Counted from the first letter of the whole stretch, positions 40,477 to 53,973 are shown. The stretch: 63,421 nt of DNA, filler included, from Phoronis australis (GCA_002633005.1; 6 parts of 6 records of this genome joined end to end with filler, not necessarily neighbours in it); one strand, 5' to 3'. Numbers and translations are program-made. Notes: generated by a model not told the origin, from the letters alone.

Positions 40477-40819
40477 CAGGGCTTGGAATTTTCTGCGGAA
40501 ACGCGGATTTCCGCTTTTTTTATATTTCCGCGTAAAAAAATCGGATTTGATATGAAATTTCCGCGGCAAATTCCTTTCTTACCGCGGCTCGTGTTATTGT
40601 TAAGCGCGGCGACAAATACTACCGCTCTGCAGCCAAAATTGTGCGGGTTGGGAGTGGACGGGCGAGCGAAAAGGACGCAGACACATGCTACTGTGGTAAC
40701 TTTTTTTTTTTTTTAGTCCCGCGGAAAGGTTCACATTGACCATTTCAAAGGCTGTTATCGGGCATGATTTGGGCCGTAAAAGTTTCCGCGTTTTTTGTCA
40801 TTGGTCATTCCAAGCCCTG
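40477..40819. mobile_element. hAT-like MITE with 6-bp TSD, copy 2 (internally deleted)
   Basis: Same TIRs as copy 1; TSD AATGAA at 40471-40476 and 40820-40825. Confidence 0.9.
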
Positions 40820-41817
40820 AATGAATTTAACTTGAAACAATCCACATTGATCATTGCTCTATAAAACCATCTTTCACTTGACAATTGTGATGTGCAAGGC
40901 GTGCCAAGTTGACTGGGACAAAAGTGGGTTTCTTTCATTTGCTGTCAATCGGGAGATGTTGAACATTTTTGTGTCGATCGTTTGAATATCTCACTCCTCA
41001 ATAGTAGCAATTTGGTGGCATGATGGTTACGAAGATTTTATAAAAACAAAATCTCACTGCATTAAATCCTCACACAAGAATGCAGCAGAGTGCTGGCCAC
41101 CAACTACTTAATCACCAGCTGGTGGTAGTAAGGCGTATTTCATGGAATATTCACAAAGATAAAAATTATCTTATGGGCCACTAATTGTGATGAAGCGTAG
41201 ACATGAACAGTCAATTTAAAATGGCAATGAATTCAATCAGGGTTTCTAGTCCTTTGATTAGACGAATAAACTTCGGGAAATGCAAAAAAATTCTTGTAGC
41301 AGTTGGGTTACACATTTATTGTTCTCTGGACGGTTAAACTGAGTTTGAGCAAAAATGCTCTTGTTGGTAACATGAATTGTGTAAAACAAAAGAACACTCA
41401 ATATATCTACTTACAGTAAACATTGCACAATGCCTACAACAAATGTAATAACACAAATATCTCACAAACATGTATAAAAATATAAACCATTGTACTGATA
41501 CACTATTCCCATTAAATGGCGTCATACAATATCCTTGACTATAAAATATAGATTGTGTCTGATAAAGTGATTGAAATGCTGGTCTACAACTGAGAAAACA
41601 TCTCGAGCACAGTGAAACCACTAGCAATGAACAATATTGCAAAAATTCAAAAATTGCACATTTTCAGCTTTCAACAACTCCCCACATAAGTAAGCTTGGG
41701 CTCACTTTTAGAAACAGAGTCATTACTGAAACTATAGGCCTACCACTGTTGATAAGCAAGAAAGACACTAAACATATACTGTGCATCATTTCAGGGGAAA
41801 CCCTACAAACCAGGATT

Positions 41818-41978
41818 AATGACAGTATTGTGCACCCTAGCATTGGTACAAATGACAGTATTGCGCACTCTAGCAGAGGTACAAATGACAGTATTGAGCA
41901 CCCTAACACTGGGGCAAATGACAGTGTTGTGCACCCTACCATTGGTACAAATGACAGTATTGTGCACCCTAGCATTGG
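41818..41978. repeat. 33-bp minisatellite, ~5 copies
   Basis: aatgacagtattgtgcaccctagcattggtaca. Confidence 0.9.
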
Positions 41979-43210
41979 GGAAATCTACAACTAAGGATCT
42001 CAGCGTAGAAAGTAAACAAAAGAAAATCCGACATAGAAAACAACAATCTTGAGCTAACAAAACTGCTAAATCGGTGAAAAAACATGGCTGTTATGCTGTA
42101 GCCAAATTTGTGGAGTGATCTTGTATGTCAACTTTGACTGACATGAGATAAACGCCATTCTGACCAATCTCTGTTATTGATAATTGTTAACATTATGAGA
42201 ACTTCAGAACAAAATACTAGAGTTCACTGCATTGCAATATTGAACATTAAGGTTATGTAAAACCATATTTACAAGTCTGTGCATTCAGTCAAATATCTAA
42301 AGAACAATTTAACTTGGCAAAAATATACTGGAAAAGAAATCCTTCAGAATTTATATGTCTGTCTTCATAGCAACCTGGCATTGGTTGGGTCACGTGGCTG
42401 TTTTAGAGTAATATTTAGGAAAAAATAAAGGTAGCCATAGCAAAATAACATCACTAAATTCCGTTTGATATAAATATTCACGATGAAATCCCCAAAATGC
42501 TGCTACAATTGCAGCCAAGTTTCAAGTCATCACAAAAGTTCGATTTTTGATAACTCCTACTACCAAAACATATCAAACAATTCCTAAAAACATTTTAGAG
42601 AACAGTGCACAAAGCACAGTAAATTGAAATTTCAGTTGAATCCGATCGGCCATTTTTTTAAATATAACGTTGAGATTTGAGGGTTTTGCGTAACCTTAGT
42701 TACAATTGAACTGCATTTCAGAGCAAATTTTACTTCAAGGAATTGATCACCTTCTACTAATAGATGTAATTGTTTTACAAAAACATTATGTGCACGTATC
42801 ATAGGCGTTCTGTTACAAAGCCAACGACTTTTCTTTTATTTACAAAAGCATGAGAGTGATGAAAGCATCTAGAGTACATTAGATGGTGTTCCTTTTTAAA
42901 GACCGAAATGAACAACACAGGTGACAGTTGAGTTTCAGTCAGACAATCTACAATTACTTCCATGTTGAGTCAATCACAAATAGTTGATGGACAGTAAAAG
43001 CGAGTTTTGCTTATTTTAAGATGGTAATTTTGCCCAGAGTGTTATGAAAATCATAAAAAATTGCTAGGAAGCTATTTTCAGAAATCCTCTGTATGAAGTG
43101 AGACGCGCTGAAAAACATAGTGAAGACCTTAATGTGAGAAAACCTTGTGAACAAGCAGTGCCAATCAATGTCTCTGTATTACTTGCAAGGTCACACTGGT
43201 TACTTTTTCT

Positions 43211-43309
43211 TCAATTTTGACTGTCAGGTCGAAAAAGGATCCTCAAGTTGAACAAAGCCTGCCGTGCTCTTGAAGCATACACTAGCTTCATAAAGGGACA
43301 TATGGCCAC
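43211..43309 (-). CDS. SRPBCC/polyketide-cyclase-like membrane protein, terminal exon
   Basis: ttgcag|VAICPFMKLVYASRARQALFNLRILFRPDSQN*. Amphipathic C-terminal helix typical of the helix-grip fold; phase 0. Confidence 0.75.
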   Translation of the reverse strand: MAICPFMKLVYASRARQALFNLRILFRPDSQN

Positions 43310-43424
43310 CTGCAAGAGAAATTGGTGTCGTATCAGGTGATTGGTATACAAGTGTAAAACTATAACTGCTTATAGGGACAATATTGATTTTACAGCCAAA
43401 AAACTACTTTTGGGACTCTTGTTT

Positions 43425-43680
43425 GATGGGATGGAACATACATGTTATTACCTTTGTATGAGATGGGATATACATGTTATTACCTTTGTATGAGATGGGA
43501 TATACATGTTATTACCTCTGTATGAGATGGAATATACAAGTTATTACCTGTGTATGGGATGGGATATACATGTTATTACCTTTGTATGAGATGGGACATG
43601 CATGTAATTACCCATGTATGAGATGGGACATACACGTTATTATCTTTGTATGGGATGGGACATACATGTTATTACCTTTG
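43425..43680. repeat. 32-bp minisatellite, ~8 copies
   Basis: tgtatgagatgggatatacatgttattacctt. Confidence 0.9.
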
Positions 43681-43697
43681 AGCAGTGGTACAAAACA

Positions 43698-44216
43698 CAG
43701 GGCTTGGAATTTTCCGCGGAAACGCGGATTTCCGCTTTTTTGAAATGTGCTTTCTGCTTTTTTTATAATATTTCCGTGTAAAAAAATCGGATTTGATATG
43801 AAATTTCCGTGGCAAATTCCTTTCTTACCGCGGCATTGCAGACGACGTTCACCTCGAAAAGCGGAAGTTGCTCTTTATGTTTCGGAGGAACGTAAATTGT
43901 CAACATTGCCGGGGCATCTGGGTAAATTTTAGCGTGGTGTGATTTTCAATGGCGGCTCGTGTTATTGTTAAGCGTGGCAACAAATACTACCGCTCTGCAG
44001 CCAAAATTGTGCGGGTTGGGAGTGGACGGGCGAGCGAAAAGGACGCAGACGCATGCTACTGATGGTGGTAACGTTTTTTTTTTAGTTTTTTTTTTTTAGT
44101 CCTCCCGATTTTTGTCGCGGAAAGGTTCACATTGACCATGTCAAAGGCTGGTTATCGGGCATGATTTGGGCCATAAAAGTTTCCACGTTTTTTGTCATTG
44201 GTCATTCCAAGCCCTG
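43698..44216. mobile_element. hAT-like MITE with 6-bp TSD, copy 3
   Basis: Same TIRs as copy 1; TSD AAAACA at 43692-43697 and 44217-44222. Confidence 0.9.
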
Positions 44217-44840
44217 AAAACAAAATGAGTAATGTTTTGTGATTCTGACTGTTCATTTGCCTGCCAAGCAATAACAGAAATCAAAGCCAGCGTCTTTATT
44301 ATTTAATACTCAGCTATTAAATGTGTAGACTTTGACTCAGTGGCAAAGCATTCAGGTGCTATTGCAGAGCTAGTGGCTTTGATTCTGTGCTGCTATTCAT
44401 TCTTTTTTGCAGAGAATGTCGCTTTATGATAGTTGCGCAATTTTAACACTGTGCCAGTGATTTGGAAATTCAATACCTTAAAATAAAAAACACATTGCCA
44501 TGTCGCTACGGCTGACCTCAGCTGAATTTCTTGGAAAATTCTCATTACAAGGTGGACCGTGACGTGTTTGTATGTGTCTTTCAATTTTAAATCTTTCCAC
44601 CAGTAACACGAAACAATTTTCTTTTAGACAACTTGTCATTTTCTGGCTATACAGTTACATTTTGTACTTGAATTTCCCAGAAAATGAAGGTATTTTGCTA
44701 GACCAATAAGGAATATTGTAAACATGGCCAATTTTTGTGAATGGAGTTCGGTTCGAGATATCCTTAGAATATGCAGGACCTAGAAAAAAATTCACCGTAT
44801 TCAGAAATTCAAGAGAACTTTGTTTTCACTGCAGTCAAAC

Positions 44841-45019
44841 CTGTGCTAAGTAACTGGACATCCTAGTGGACATTGTCCAGGTAACAGTGACCAGGCCCGT
44901 CTTGTCCTTGTATTGCTTAAATCGCATTTCTACTTTAGTCTTTGTCCAGTGGTCAGCATTGAATATAATCAGGTGCATAGAGTCGTAGGCCACAATTTTT
45001 ACATCATAGACATCATCAC
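44841..45019 (-). CDS. SRPBCC-like protein, internal exon
   Basis: ttacag|(G)DDVYDVKIVAYDSMHLIIFNADHWTKTKVEMRFKQYKDKTGLVTVTWTMSTRMSSYLAQ|gtttga; phase 1-0, beta-strand pattern. Confidence 0.78.
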
Positions 45020-45126
45020 CTGTAACGATGCATTACAAGTGAATGATACACGTTAAAAACATGAAGATCAAAATCACAGAGTCAATGAGAACTTTTTTAA
45101 AACAGCATTCTCATGACAAGTAAGGC

Positions 45127-45475
45127 TGAGATACTATTACTACAGGACCAGGGGTTATCTTACACACAGTAGGTAGGGAGAGTCTCCACACACTCAGAGA
45201 TACTATTACTACAGGACCAGGGGTTATCTTACACACAGTTAGTAGGGAGAGTCTCCACACACTCAGAAATACTATTACTACAGGACCAGGGGTTATCTTA
45301 CACACAATTGGTAGGGAGAGTCTCCACACACTCAGAGATACAATTACTACAGGACCAGGGGTTATCTTACACACAGTTAGTAGGGAGTCTCCACACACTC
45401 AGAAATACTATTACTACAGGACCAGGGGTTATCTTACACACAATTGGTAGGGAGAGTCTCCACACACTCAGAGAT
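45127..45475. repeat. 69-bp minisatellite, 5 copies
   Basis: atactattactacaggaccaggggttatcttacacaca... Confidence 0.95.
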
Positions 45476-46214
45476 GAATATCCAAAAAGACAATACAAGG
45501 TAATGAAACCCTCTCCCTGACTCACTGAGACAACACTTTCTATTCACCTTGCCACAAAATAACCCAATCCATCTGTTCTGAAATGTTTTCAAGTGGCTAA
45601 GGTTGAATAATTCAGTGGAAGAAATCGCCATCCCATAAGGGAAGAAATGGCAGTGATTTTTTAATATATTTTGTGTTGAAAATCTGACAGGATGCATTTG
45701 ATATGATCTCAATTTCATTGTGTTGGTGAATCTTGTAATTGGAGTTTAGTCACAAGACAGCATTAAGCCACTGTGTGATCAGAGACAAAGGCAACTCGTA
45801 TATTCAACATCAGTGTATCAATTCTGGGTTTTCAAACATACATTTGTTCATTGAATGCAGTGAACATAAGACTGCACGCAATGCATCCTGCTAGATTTAA
45901 AACGCAACATTTTTAAAGGACTGTAACCTGTTACATACCACACTGCAATATCATTTTTGAAACAAGAAGCAAAGTATAATTTCAACTAAACAACAAATAC
46001 AACAATCCAATGTGTGAGAACTTCACTGAGAGTCTAGCTTGCATAGTCCTGAATAAACCACTGTTGGGGGGCAAGAAAGAGTCACGACAGTTCAGAGTCC
46101 TGAAGAAGCAGCGTCGTTGATCAGAGATGGTGGACAAAATTCGAGCGAACAGTGTATATCATTATGTTTCCTTATAAATGACAAAAGTAGTTTTTACCTC
46201 AGATATGTACATAC

Positions 46215-46308
46215 CTATTACTGGCAGACGGTCTGTAGCTATATATGTTTTTCCTACACCAATAGGGCCCTGGTCAGCTTCATAAATAGAGTAATGGCTT
46301 GGAAACCA
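46215..46308 (-). CDS. SRPBCC-like protein, internal exon
   Basis: ttacag|WFPSHYSIYEADQGPIGVGKTYIATDRLPVI G|gtatgt; W-x-P...GPxGVGxxY motif of Polyketide_cyc2-type SRPBCC proteins. Confidence 0.8.
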
Positions 46309-46326
46309 CTGTAAGAATATTAACCA

Positions 46327-46487
46327 TAGTCTATAGCTGCCCAGCCAACAGTCTAGTCTATAGCTGCCCAGCCAACAGTCTAGTCTATAGCTGCCCAGCC
46401 AACAGTCTAGTCTATAGCTGCCCAGCCAACAGTCTAGTCTATAGCTGCCCAGCCAACAGTCTAGTCTATAGCTGCCTAGCCAACAGT
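46327..46487. repeat. 27-bp minisatellite, 6 copies, ending ~17 nt from an SRPBCC-gene acceptor
   Basis: tagtctatagctgcccagccaacagtc. Confidence 0.95.
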
Positions 46488-46899
46488 CATAATACAATAG
46501 TAGTACCACTAAACAAACAAGTTCAAGAAAAACAGTAACTATAACAGCTGTAACACAAGCAGCAGTAGTGATAAAAATTAGGAAACATTATTTTGAGACA
46601 TCAGCAAATCAAGAACAATTAGGCTGCACAGAGCGCTTATTGCACTTGAAATTGTAATAGTCGCTTACCAGCTGAAAGTACTATAGTTCTAACTTACAGG
46701 GGCCTCCAATATGAGAGTCACTTTCCTCCAAAGAATAACATGCATCAAACTAGTTATCAAAATCAAGATCCCCTGTAAGTAACTACTGCCCTCAACACAG
46801 TACATCTTAATGAACCTTTGAACACCATTTAAAAGTTGACTGAACAAATAATCACATCGTCTTCCACAACCCAAACTTATTACAATGACAGAGACTACC

Positions 46900-47295
46900 A
46901 ACATGGGCTATAGATAAGCAGATAAACGTAAACTGGGGATAGGTAGGCAAACATGGCTTGGCGATTGGCAAATCAACATGGGTTGAAAATAGTGGGCAGA
47001 TCAACATGTGCTGGAGATTAGCAGATCAACATGGGTTGGGGATAGGCCCATGAACATGGGCTCGGGATGGGCTGATCAACATGTGTTTAACATGTGCTGG
47101 AGATAAGCAGATCAAAATGGGTTGGGAACAGGCGGATCAACATGGGCTAAGGATAGGCAGATCAGCATGGGCTAGGAATAGGCAGATCAACATGGGCTGG
47201 GGATAGGCTGATCAACATGGGCTGGGGATAGGCAGATCAACATGGGGTGGGAATATAGGCAGATCAACATTGAAGGAGATAGGAACATCAACATT
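46900..47295. repeat. Degenerate ~25-bp minisatellite
   Basis: gatcaacatgggctggggataggca. Confidence 0.85.
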
Positions 47296-48143
47296 TTCCA
47301 AAAACGAGAAAATGGAAGATTTTCATGAAATAACATGTTTAGTGCCCTGGACAAGTTTGATGCAAAAAAGCTTCAGTGGCAGATAATTGCAGCGGTAAAA
47401 GTATGCATACTATCCGTTCTGTACCCCAAAACTACAACATTAAACGCACATAACGCAGAAAATAAAGGCACAGTAATGTCACCTATTGCCAAAGTAACAC
47501 CTCAATATGGTCTTGGTAAGACCTGTTTGCTTCAACTTAACTTGGTCTCAATCAACAATCAATTGACACTCCTCACTTCTAACCAGAAAAGGGAACAAGT
47601 TGAGATGAGCTCTAAGACAGTGCTGTCCACAATACAGTTATCCTAGAACAACTCACACTAGTGCAACTTACCTCACTTTATGTGAACCCTCCACACATAC
47701 ACGTATATACAATAACTAGGGTAAGGCACAAGTTGCACGGCTGTGTCTATGCCAATGGACAGATAATGCAAATAAGGTGCGTAAAAGAAAACCCATGAGT
47801 ATGTAACCACAGGAGATAATTTACTTCTGCCTTGCCCCAGGTTTGTGGCCACACAGCAAATAGAAGTGGCGTAATAAGTTACCTCGATAATGGGGAGTAA
47901 GTTGTCACATGTGGGGCAAGTTGGAATAATTTAAGTAACGTCCAGACAATGCCCAAACCTGGCAACAACTCGTTCAAGGATTAACTTATTCTAGTGTAAG
48001 TTTCAGTGTGTGGACGGCACTTTGATCAAAAGGCGTTTATACGGTAGTATCTTTAACTGCATTATAACGATTGTTTTTGATTGCAAAATGGTGTTCATTG
48101 GCACTCAACAAAAACTCAGTGAGAAACACTTGAGTATTGTTAC

Positions 48144-48455
48144 CTTATTATAATTCTCTAGGTTAGAGACAAAGTCAAACAAGTCTGCCCTGTTCGCAGC
48201 AATAATGGCCGTCTTTGATGCTAATTGTGTCTCACCAGCTACCTCACACTGATACAAAATGGCCAATGAGACAAAGACTATGCCAGCAACGTATAGGAGG
48301 TTATCTTTCAACCAATTTCCTTTTTTTGAATCCAGGTCAGGCAAGTTACTGTGAGCATTGCTGTTAGCTGGTATAGTAGGCTCTTTGGTTGGAAGTCCGT
48401 TGGCAGCGTGTTCATTTCCAGAAGATTCATCTTTTTTGATTGGCTTTTCAGGGAT
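48144..48455 (-). CDS. SRPBCC-like protein, exon with low-complexity N-terminus, TM helix and start of the SRPBCC domain
   Basis: tcatag|IPEKPIKK...LLYVAGIVFVSLAILYQ...IAANRADLFDFVSNLENYNK|gtaaca; 312 nt open, phase 0-0. Confidence 0.8.
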
Positions 48456-48911
48456 CTATGAATAAATGAATATAAATGAAATTGTAACATTTCTTACGAA
48501 AACTTAGTATAAAATACAAAAAAAATTCAGAGACCAAAAAATATTGGCCTCCCTGTTACAGTAATGTAAACAAAAATAATGACTCTTCCAGTTATCCTGT
48601 TCAATATTCACATCTATTTACATATTTACAAACAATTGACAAGTTACACGGTCACAAAGAGAGCATCCAACACCAACACTTGAAACTTGCAGCATCTTCA
48701 TACAGTCTTCACCACCAAACCATCCTCACACGTTCCACTCCACCAAAATAATACACTCAAGTTCCATGCACTAGACGCTGCTGTCCACACCCTTGCAAAC
48801 ACTCGCCACATTAACAAAATAATAGCTCAGTACTTTGAAAGAATGTAAACAAAACATAAGAGAGTCCAGCCTCTGTGTTCAGATAACAATTCATCACACA
48901 CGTCCGCTTAC

Positions 48912-48917
48912 CATCAT
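48912..48917 (-). CDS. Probable start (ATG ATG) of the SRPBCC-like gene at the 3' end of a mostly untranslated exon (48912-48969)
   Basis: ATGATG|gtaagc in phase 0 with exon 48455. A likely non-coding first exon ends at 49358 (AAG|gtaagt). Confidence 0.4.
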
Positions 48918-49088
48918 CGACCAACTAGAACTCTGGGATAAACTCAAAACTGTCCCCCAGCAGGAATACCTAACACTCACACACAGCAAACTCTTAAATT
49001 GTAATGAAATGTTACCTGCCAATGTTGACATAGTGAGTAACATTGCCGCACAATTACTCTTCATAAGTTTTCACAAAGAAATGCTGCG

Positions 49089-49169
49089 AATTGGTGACTC
49101 AATATTAACATCAATAATTGGTGACTCAATATTAACATCAATAATTGGTGACTCAATATTAACATCAAT
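49089..49169. repeat. 27-bp tandem repeat, 3 copies
   Basis: aattggtgactcaatattaacatcaat. Confidence 0.9.
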
Positions 49170-51078
49170 AAAAACACAAAAATATTAAGGGAGTAAACAA
49201 ACCTCAGTTTTGTGTCTTTTAAATAACATTTTGAATTTACAAAAAATTGCAGTACAGTCAAGTGACCTAATTATCGGGCGTTTTGCCACATTTTGCATTA
49301 TATTTTATTGAAAATACTATGGACGGCTGTAAATTATTTGCTGAAATAAAGACTTACCTTTACGGAATTGTTCTAATTTTATATCTTGTCACCGAAAGCC
49401 ACATTTATGTTCAGATTGATCTTTAAAAAACACAACTAGCAAACCTTCGGAGAACCTAAATATTGGACACCATGTTTCCCCATACACCACACCGCGGAAA
49501 ACTGACTAACCATGTAATGGCCACCGGCACCTTAGTACCAAATTTCAGCTCGAGTGTTTTGACATACACATGCTGCTAGAACACAGGTCCATTCGCGACA
49601 AAGTTATCCCTAAAATGAAATCTGATGACGTCCCAAGTCGTTTCGATGATTCAGTGCAGACGACTAAAGCACGTGCGAACTCAATGCAGTTTTTAGTATC
49701 TCTTTGCCTTCTTGATATGACACCCGCATGTGCGCCGCTGGGGTTTGACTTGAGTTTAAAAGCAAATGAAAAAAATGAAACAGTGACATATTGTCAGATA
49801 AATGAGATGATTTCATTGTGGAAAAATATTTTGCTTTCAACTTTTACAACCGATTTATGCGATCGTCCATTTTAGGCCAACTTGGGGGTCTAAATTGCAC
49901 CTTCCCTCGGTGAAATCAAAACGATGTAAACTCTGTAAAAAAATCTCAGATTGCTTCAAGTAAGATTTTATGAAATTTCCGATATTTAGGGTCGGTCCGA
50001 TAATTAGGTACACTATGTGTATGTCCAATCATGAACCTCAATTCAAACAACAGTTAGTGAAAAAATAATTTTGAGCAAAATTAAAATTGTCTCCTTTATG
50101 CCTAACTTCTTACTTTTTTTTTAGATTCCCACTTCTCATAGTGAGCATCAGTAGACATTTTCTTCCTTGAAGAATCTTCAGCTATCTGACCTTTATGATT
50201 TCCACTCTGCAAACAAACATAAACAGCACTACACACGGTGACATGGTATGAAAGCATTCCTTAATTCAAGATATGTCATTGACTGCAATAAAGTCCTGTT
50301 TATAAGATGTTGATTGTGACAGGGGACTGACACAACACAAGAGGATCAGTATCACGACTCAAAAACAGTGGCAAAGACAGTGGAAGAGCTGTAATTGTGC
50401 TGAAAACGAGAAAATGACATATATGTAACAGAATGCAAGGGATTTGTAACTTGATACCGATACTAGCAAGGCTATAAGAGCAATAATAAGTACAGCAAAC
50501 CTTTCCCATGTTCATTCTTGAAAAAACTCTCCACGTAAATTCATCAATTATTTCGCGGCATTATCGATCTCCGTGTTTTGTTTTCAAAGCAGACGAGCAC
50601 CACGAAAGGGATGCATGATGCACCAACAATCTTTCTAAATATCAAAGAACTACTAAGCTACAGAAAAAGTGATCAATGTTTCAAGATTTTTTATATAATA
50701 AACACTGAATTTCCGTCGTCATGGAAATTAATAATATGGATGGAAACATGTACTCAAAACGTCGTTTCCCAGTAGTGTTCAATAGATGTCACTACCGTAA
50801 GGCTTCCGAGTCCAGCATACGGATGCCAAGTAAATGCATAGAATTCTATCTCCGAGGGCTCAAGTAGAGTTCTATGATAGGGTGCAAAAAAGGTTGAATA
50901 CCCTATAGATATTTCTATGTATTACCCTACGAACCCCTTTCACTACAAAGATTCTGCCATAGCATTTGAGAACAATTTTCACCATAGATTCTCGACCTCC
51001 CATCGTCAGTGCGGCTTCCTTTGGTGCTTTGGTCCGCACAACGCGCTCTGACGAGAGTTGGCAGTCCCTATCTATAGT

Positions 51079-51227
51079 CAGTGGCGGATCTAGGATATCA
51101 CTAGGGGGGGGGGGCAACATTTTGTCCGGCTGGAAGCATTTGCGCAAACTGAACCACGATTGTAGATGCACATAGCACCGAATGGGGGGAGGTCGGGAGG
51201 TTTTTTTTCCTCTAAAAATCAAGCATT
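51079..51227. mobile_element. Terminus of the 15256-16011 element family, truncated by the contig end
   Basis: cagtggcggatctaggatatcac...; reverse complement of about 15840-16011. Confidence 0.7.
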
Positions 51228-51327
51228 NNNNNNNNNNNNNNNNNNNNNNNNNNNNNNNNNNNNNNNNNNNNTTAATTAATTAANNNNNNNNNNNNNNNNN
51301 NNNNNNNNNNNNNNNNNNNNNNNNNNN
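51228..51327. other. Artificial contig linker
   Basis: Same 100-bp linker. Confidence 0.97.
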
Positions 51328-53487
51328 GCATCTTTTCCAAACAGCATATGAAACGATTTTATATGCGTGTGCAGTTGTCTGACAATGGCGATTTTTGAAA
51401 TGGAAGGTGGTAGTTTCAGTATTTTTCTCAAATGAGTTTGTCTAAAATTGAATCGGCTACATGACTTAATTCGCCTTCCGTCACAAAAGTATTTTTTCTC
51501 TTGTTTAGACCTCTTACTTTTTTTAGTGCAATATCAATGTCAAATTGGAGTAAAGTTCGACATAACTGACAATTCGTTATTGCTTGACTTTTCGCGAGGT
51601 TGCGTCAGCAGAACCTATCCAATATGAAGAAATGTGGTTTTGTCATCAATGTACGTTTGAAAGACTTAAGATTGGAAATACTTTTGAAATAGTAGGAATT
51701 AAGATAGATTGAAAAAAAAGATTTGTCTGCTTACAAGAATGTAACATTGAAGCATAAAAACAACCTTCATACCCCTTTGATATCCCTGTTCCATGTTTGC
51801 AAAGAAGTTGAAACTCGGGTTAGTTGTCGGTATTTTCATAGACTGCAGCGTACTTGGCTAAGATGGTTCAGGTTTTGTGCGGCATACAATCGACATTAAT
51901 AATTAAGTATGTAACCTGCTGTTGAATTGCAAGATAGGTTTTGACAGGTCCAGATGGTTATATCTGAAGTATTAATGTAATCTTTATTTATGTTAAGGGT
52001 TTTACTAGCGTCCTATTTATTCGTACACGATTCAGTGTGAAGTTGTTGAAATCGCTGATCCAAATCCTGGCCAAATGTGCGCATTCTGCTGTGACCACCG
52101 TCTGATCAGGGCCAGCGAAGAGTAATTTGGTTAATTCGCTCACGAGACTATGGCTGAAGGTCCTCGTAAGGACAAGAGTTCACCAGTCACTACCTTAGGA
52201 AGAAATTTAGCGGACATTTTTCATCAAAAAGTTTACCAGATAGTTTTCGTCAAAACGGAGAAAAGAAAAATGGATTTGCGAAAACAGGATTAACTAGTAG
52301 GCCTACCAGAGCCTCTTAAAAAACACCCANAAATTCTTTTTGGAGGAACAACTTCCATTCACGTTCACAAGAGAAGTTAGCTTTTCCTCCCACAGCGGAT
52401 TTTGGGACTTCCGTACGCTATGAAAGCTCATCCTTTTGCATTTCGCGTGTGTGGCGGAACAACCGGCCCCACATCAGCCGACCATGATTAGCAGACGACG
52501 TACTTGCCGGAAATTGCACCAGAAAATTTAGCTAGGTGTCGCCAGTGAATAATGACGTAAAGGCTTGTGCGTAAGATCACAGATTTCGTCCATTGAAAGT
52601 ATACGGAGTTGGCGGTCCATGTACTATAGTCTATGCTCTCACTTATGATTAATGCGAACATGCGTTCATAGTCATTTGCTTAAAGTCGCTTGAGGTCAAT
52701 GGTAACATTTTCCATACAAGGGAAATGTGCTACGTCTATGTCTTGTCATATCAAATAAGAGACGTGCTTTGCTTTGTGTGAGAAATCGACGAAGTGGCGA
52801 GCAGTTGACAGAAAGTTATTTGAAATTTGAAACTAAAAAATGCTTCGATACCATCAGAAATTAAAAATCCTTACGAACAAACTCTGAAAATTCCTAGTGA
52901 GCAGGTCGAATTCTGTTTCAGTGGCAGAGAAACACTTTCAATATTGCAATTTAGTCTTTTTATCGCATCCCAGGCATCTTTAAGCACAGAACCATACAGG
53001 TTGATGAAGTTAGCATTCACCGCTTGTATCACAGCTTCGCAGAGCTGTCGATGCTGGGAAGATCGGTCGGTAATATTTTTCGATTGTAAAGGTATCGAGG
53101 CTCAATTAAGACTTTCTTTTACTTTGTATCCACGCCACTAACAGTTACGCCGGCATATTTGTGGAAACGTGGTCGGCTACATTACTAATTACCGGATCTC
53201 ATAGCTGACAACAATAGCATTTTAAATTGCTCTCCAATACTGAACGTACGAGGTTCTCAGTTTCTGATAGTCCTGAATTTGTTGGGAATTGCAATTCATT
53301 GCAGCCATTTGACAATCCAATCGACAAATGTTTCTATTGACGGAGATCGCGCGCCAACAGATCGACTTTGGGTGACGGAATAATTTAACTTTCTTCGGCA
53401 ATGACGCCAATTAATGATTTCTGATATCGATGTCCGGCAGATACGCCCGACAATCTCCTGACAACCGCCCCACTGTTTACGGCTATA

Positions 53488-53873
53488 CATGGGCGGCGCA
53501 CCATAGGGGGCTGGGGCCGGGCTATAGCGGCCTCCCACTTTTTTCAGTGCTACGCCGCACGTGGTCTATAGGCGGTGCACCACAGTGGGGATGAGGGGGC
53601 TTTAGCCCCCACCTTTTTCAGTGCTACGCCGCCCATGCTATAGCGATTTTAGCTCTGAAATTCATCGGATCAGCGTCGAAATCCGAAAAACATCAAACGA
53701 CCATTCTAGACATCGGGATAAGACTTAGACAGGATCGGCTGAGCGTCGCACGATTACATGTACGTTGCAGCACTGAAATAAGTGGGGGATATAGCCCCCC
53801 AGTCCCCTATGGTGCACCGTCCATGCTGACATGAGCGGCACAGCATGGAAATAAGTGGAGGGGGTTATAGCCC
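53488..53873. mobile_element. Cluster of ~75-bp mini-MITE units in both orientations
   Basis: catgggcggcgcacc...gctacgccgcccatg dimer at 53488-53637 flanked by CTATA; inverted copies at about 53760-53825 and 53830-53873. Confidence 0.5.
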
Positions 53874-53973
53874 NNNNNNNNNNNNNNNNNNNNNNNNNNN
53901 NNNNNNNNNNNNNNNNNTTAATTAATTAANNNNNNNNNNNNNNNNNNNNNNNNNNNNNNNNNNNNNNNNNNNN
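53874..53973. other. Artificial contig linker
   Basis: Same 100-bp linker. Confidence 0.97.
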
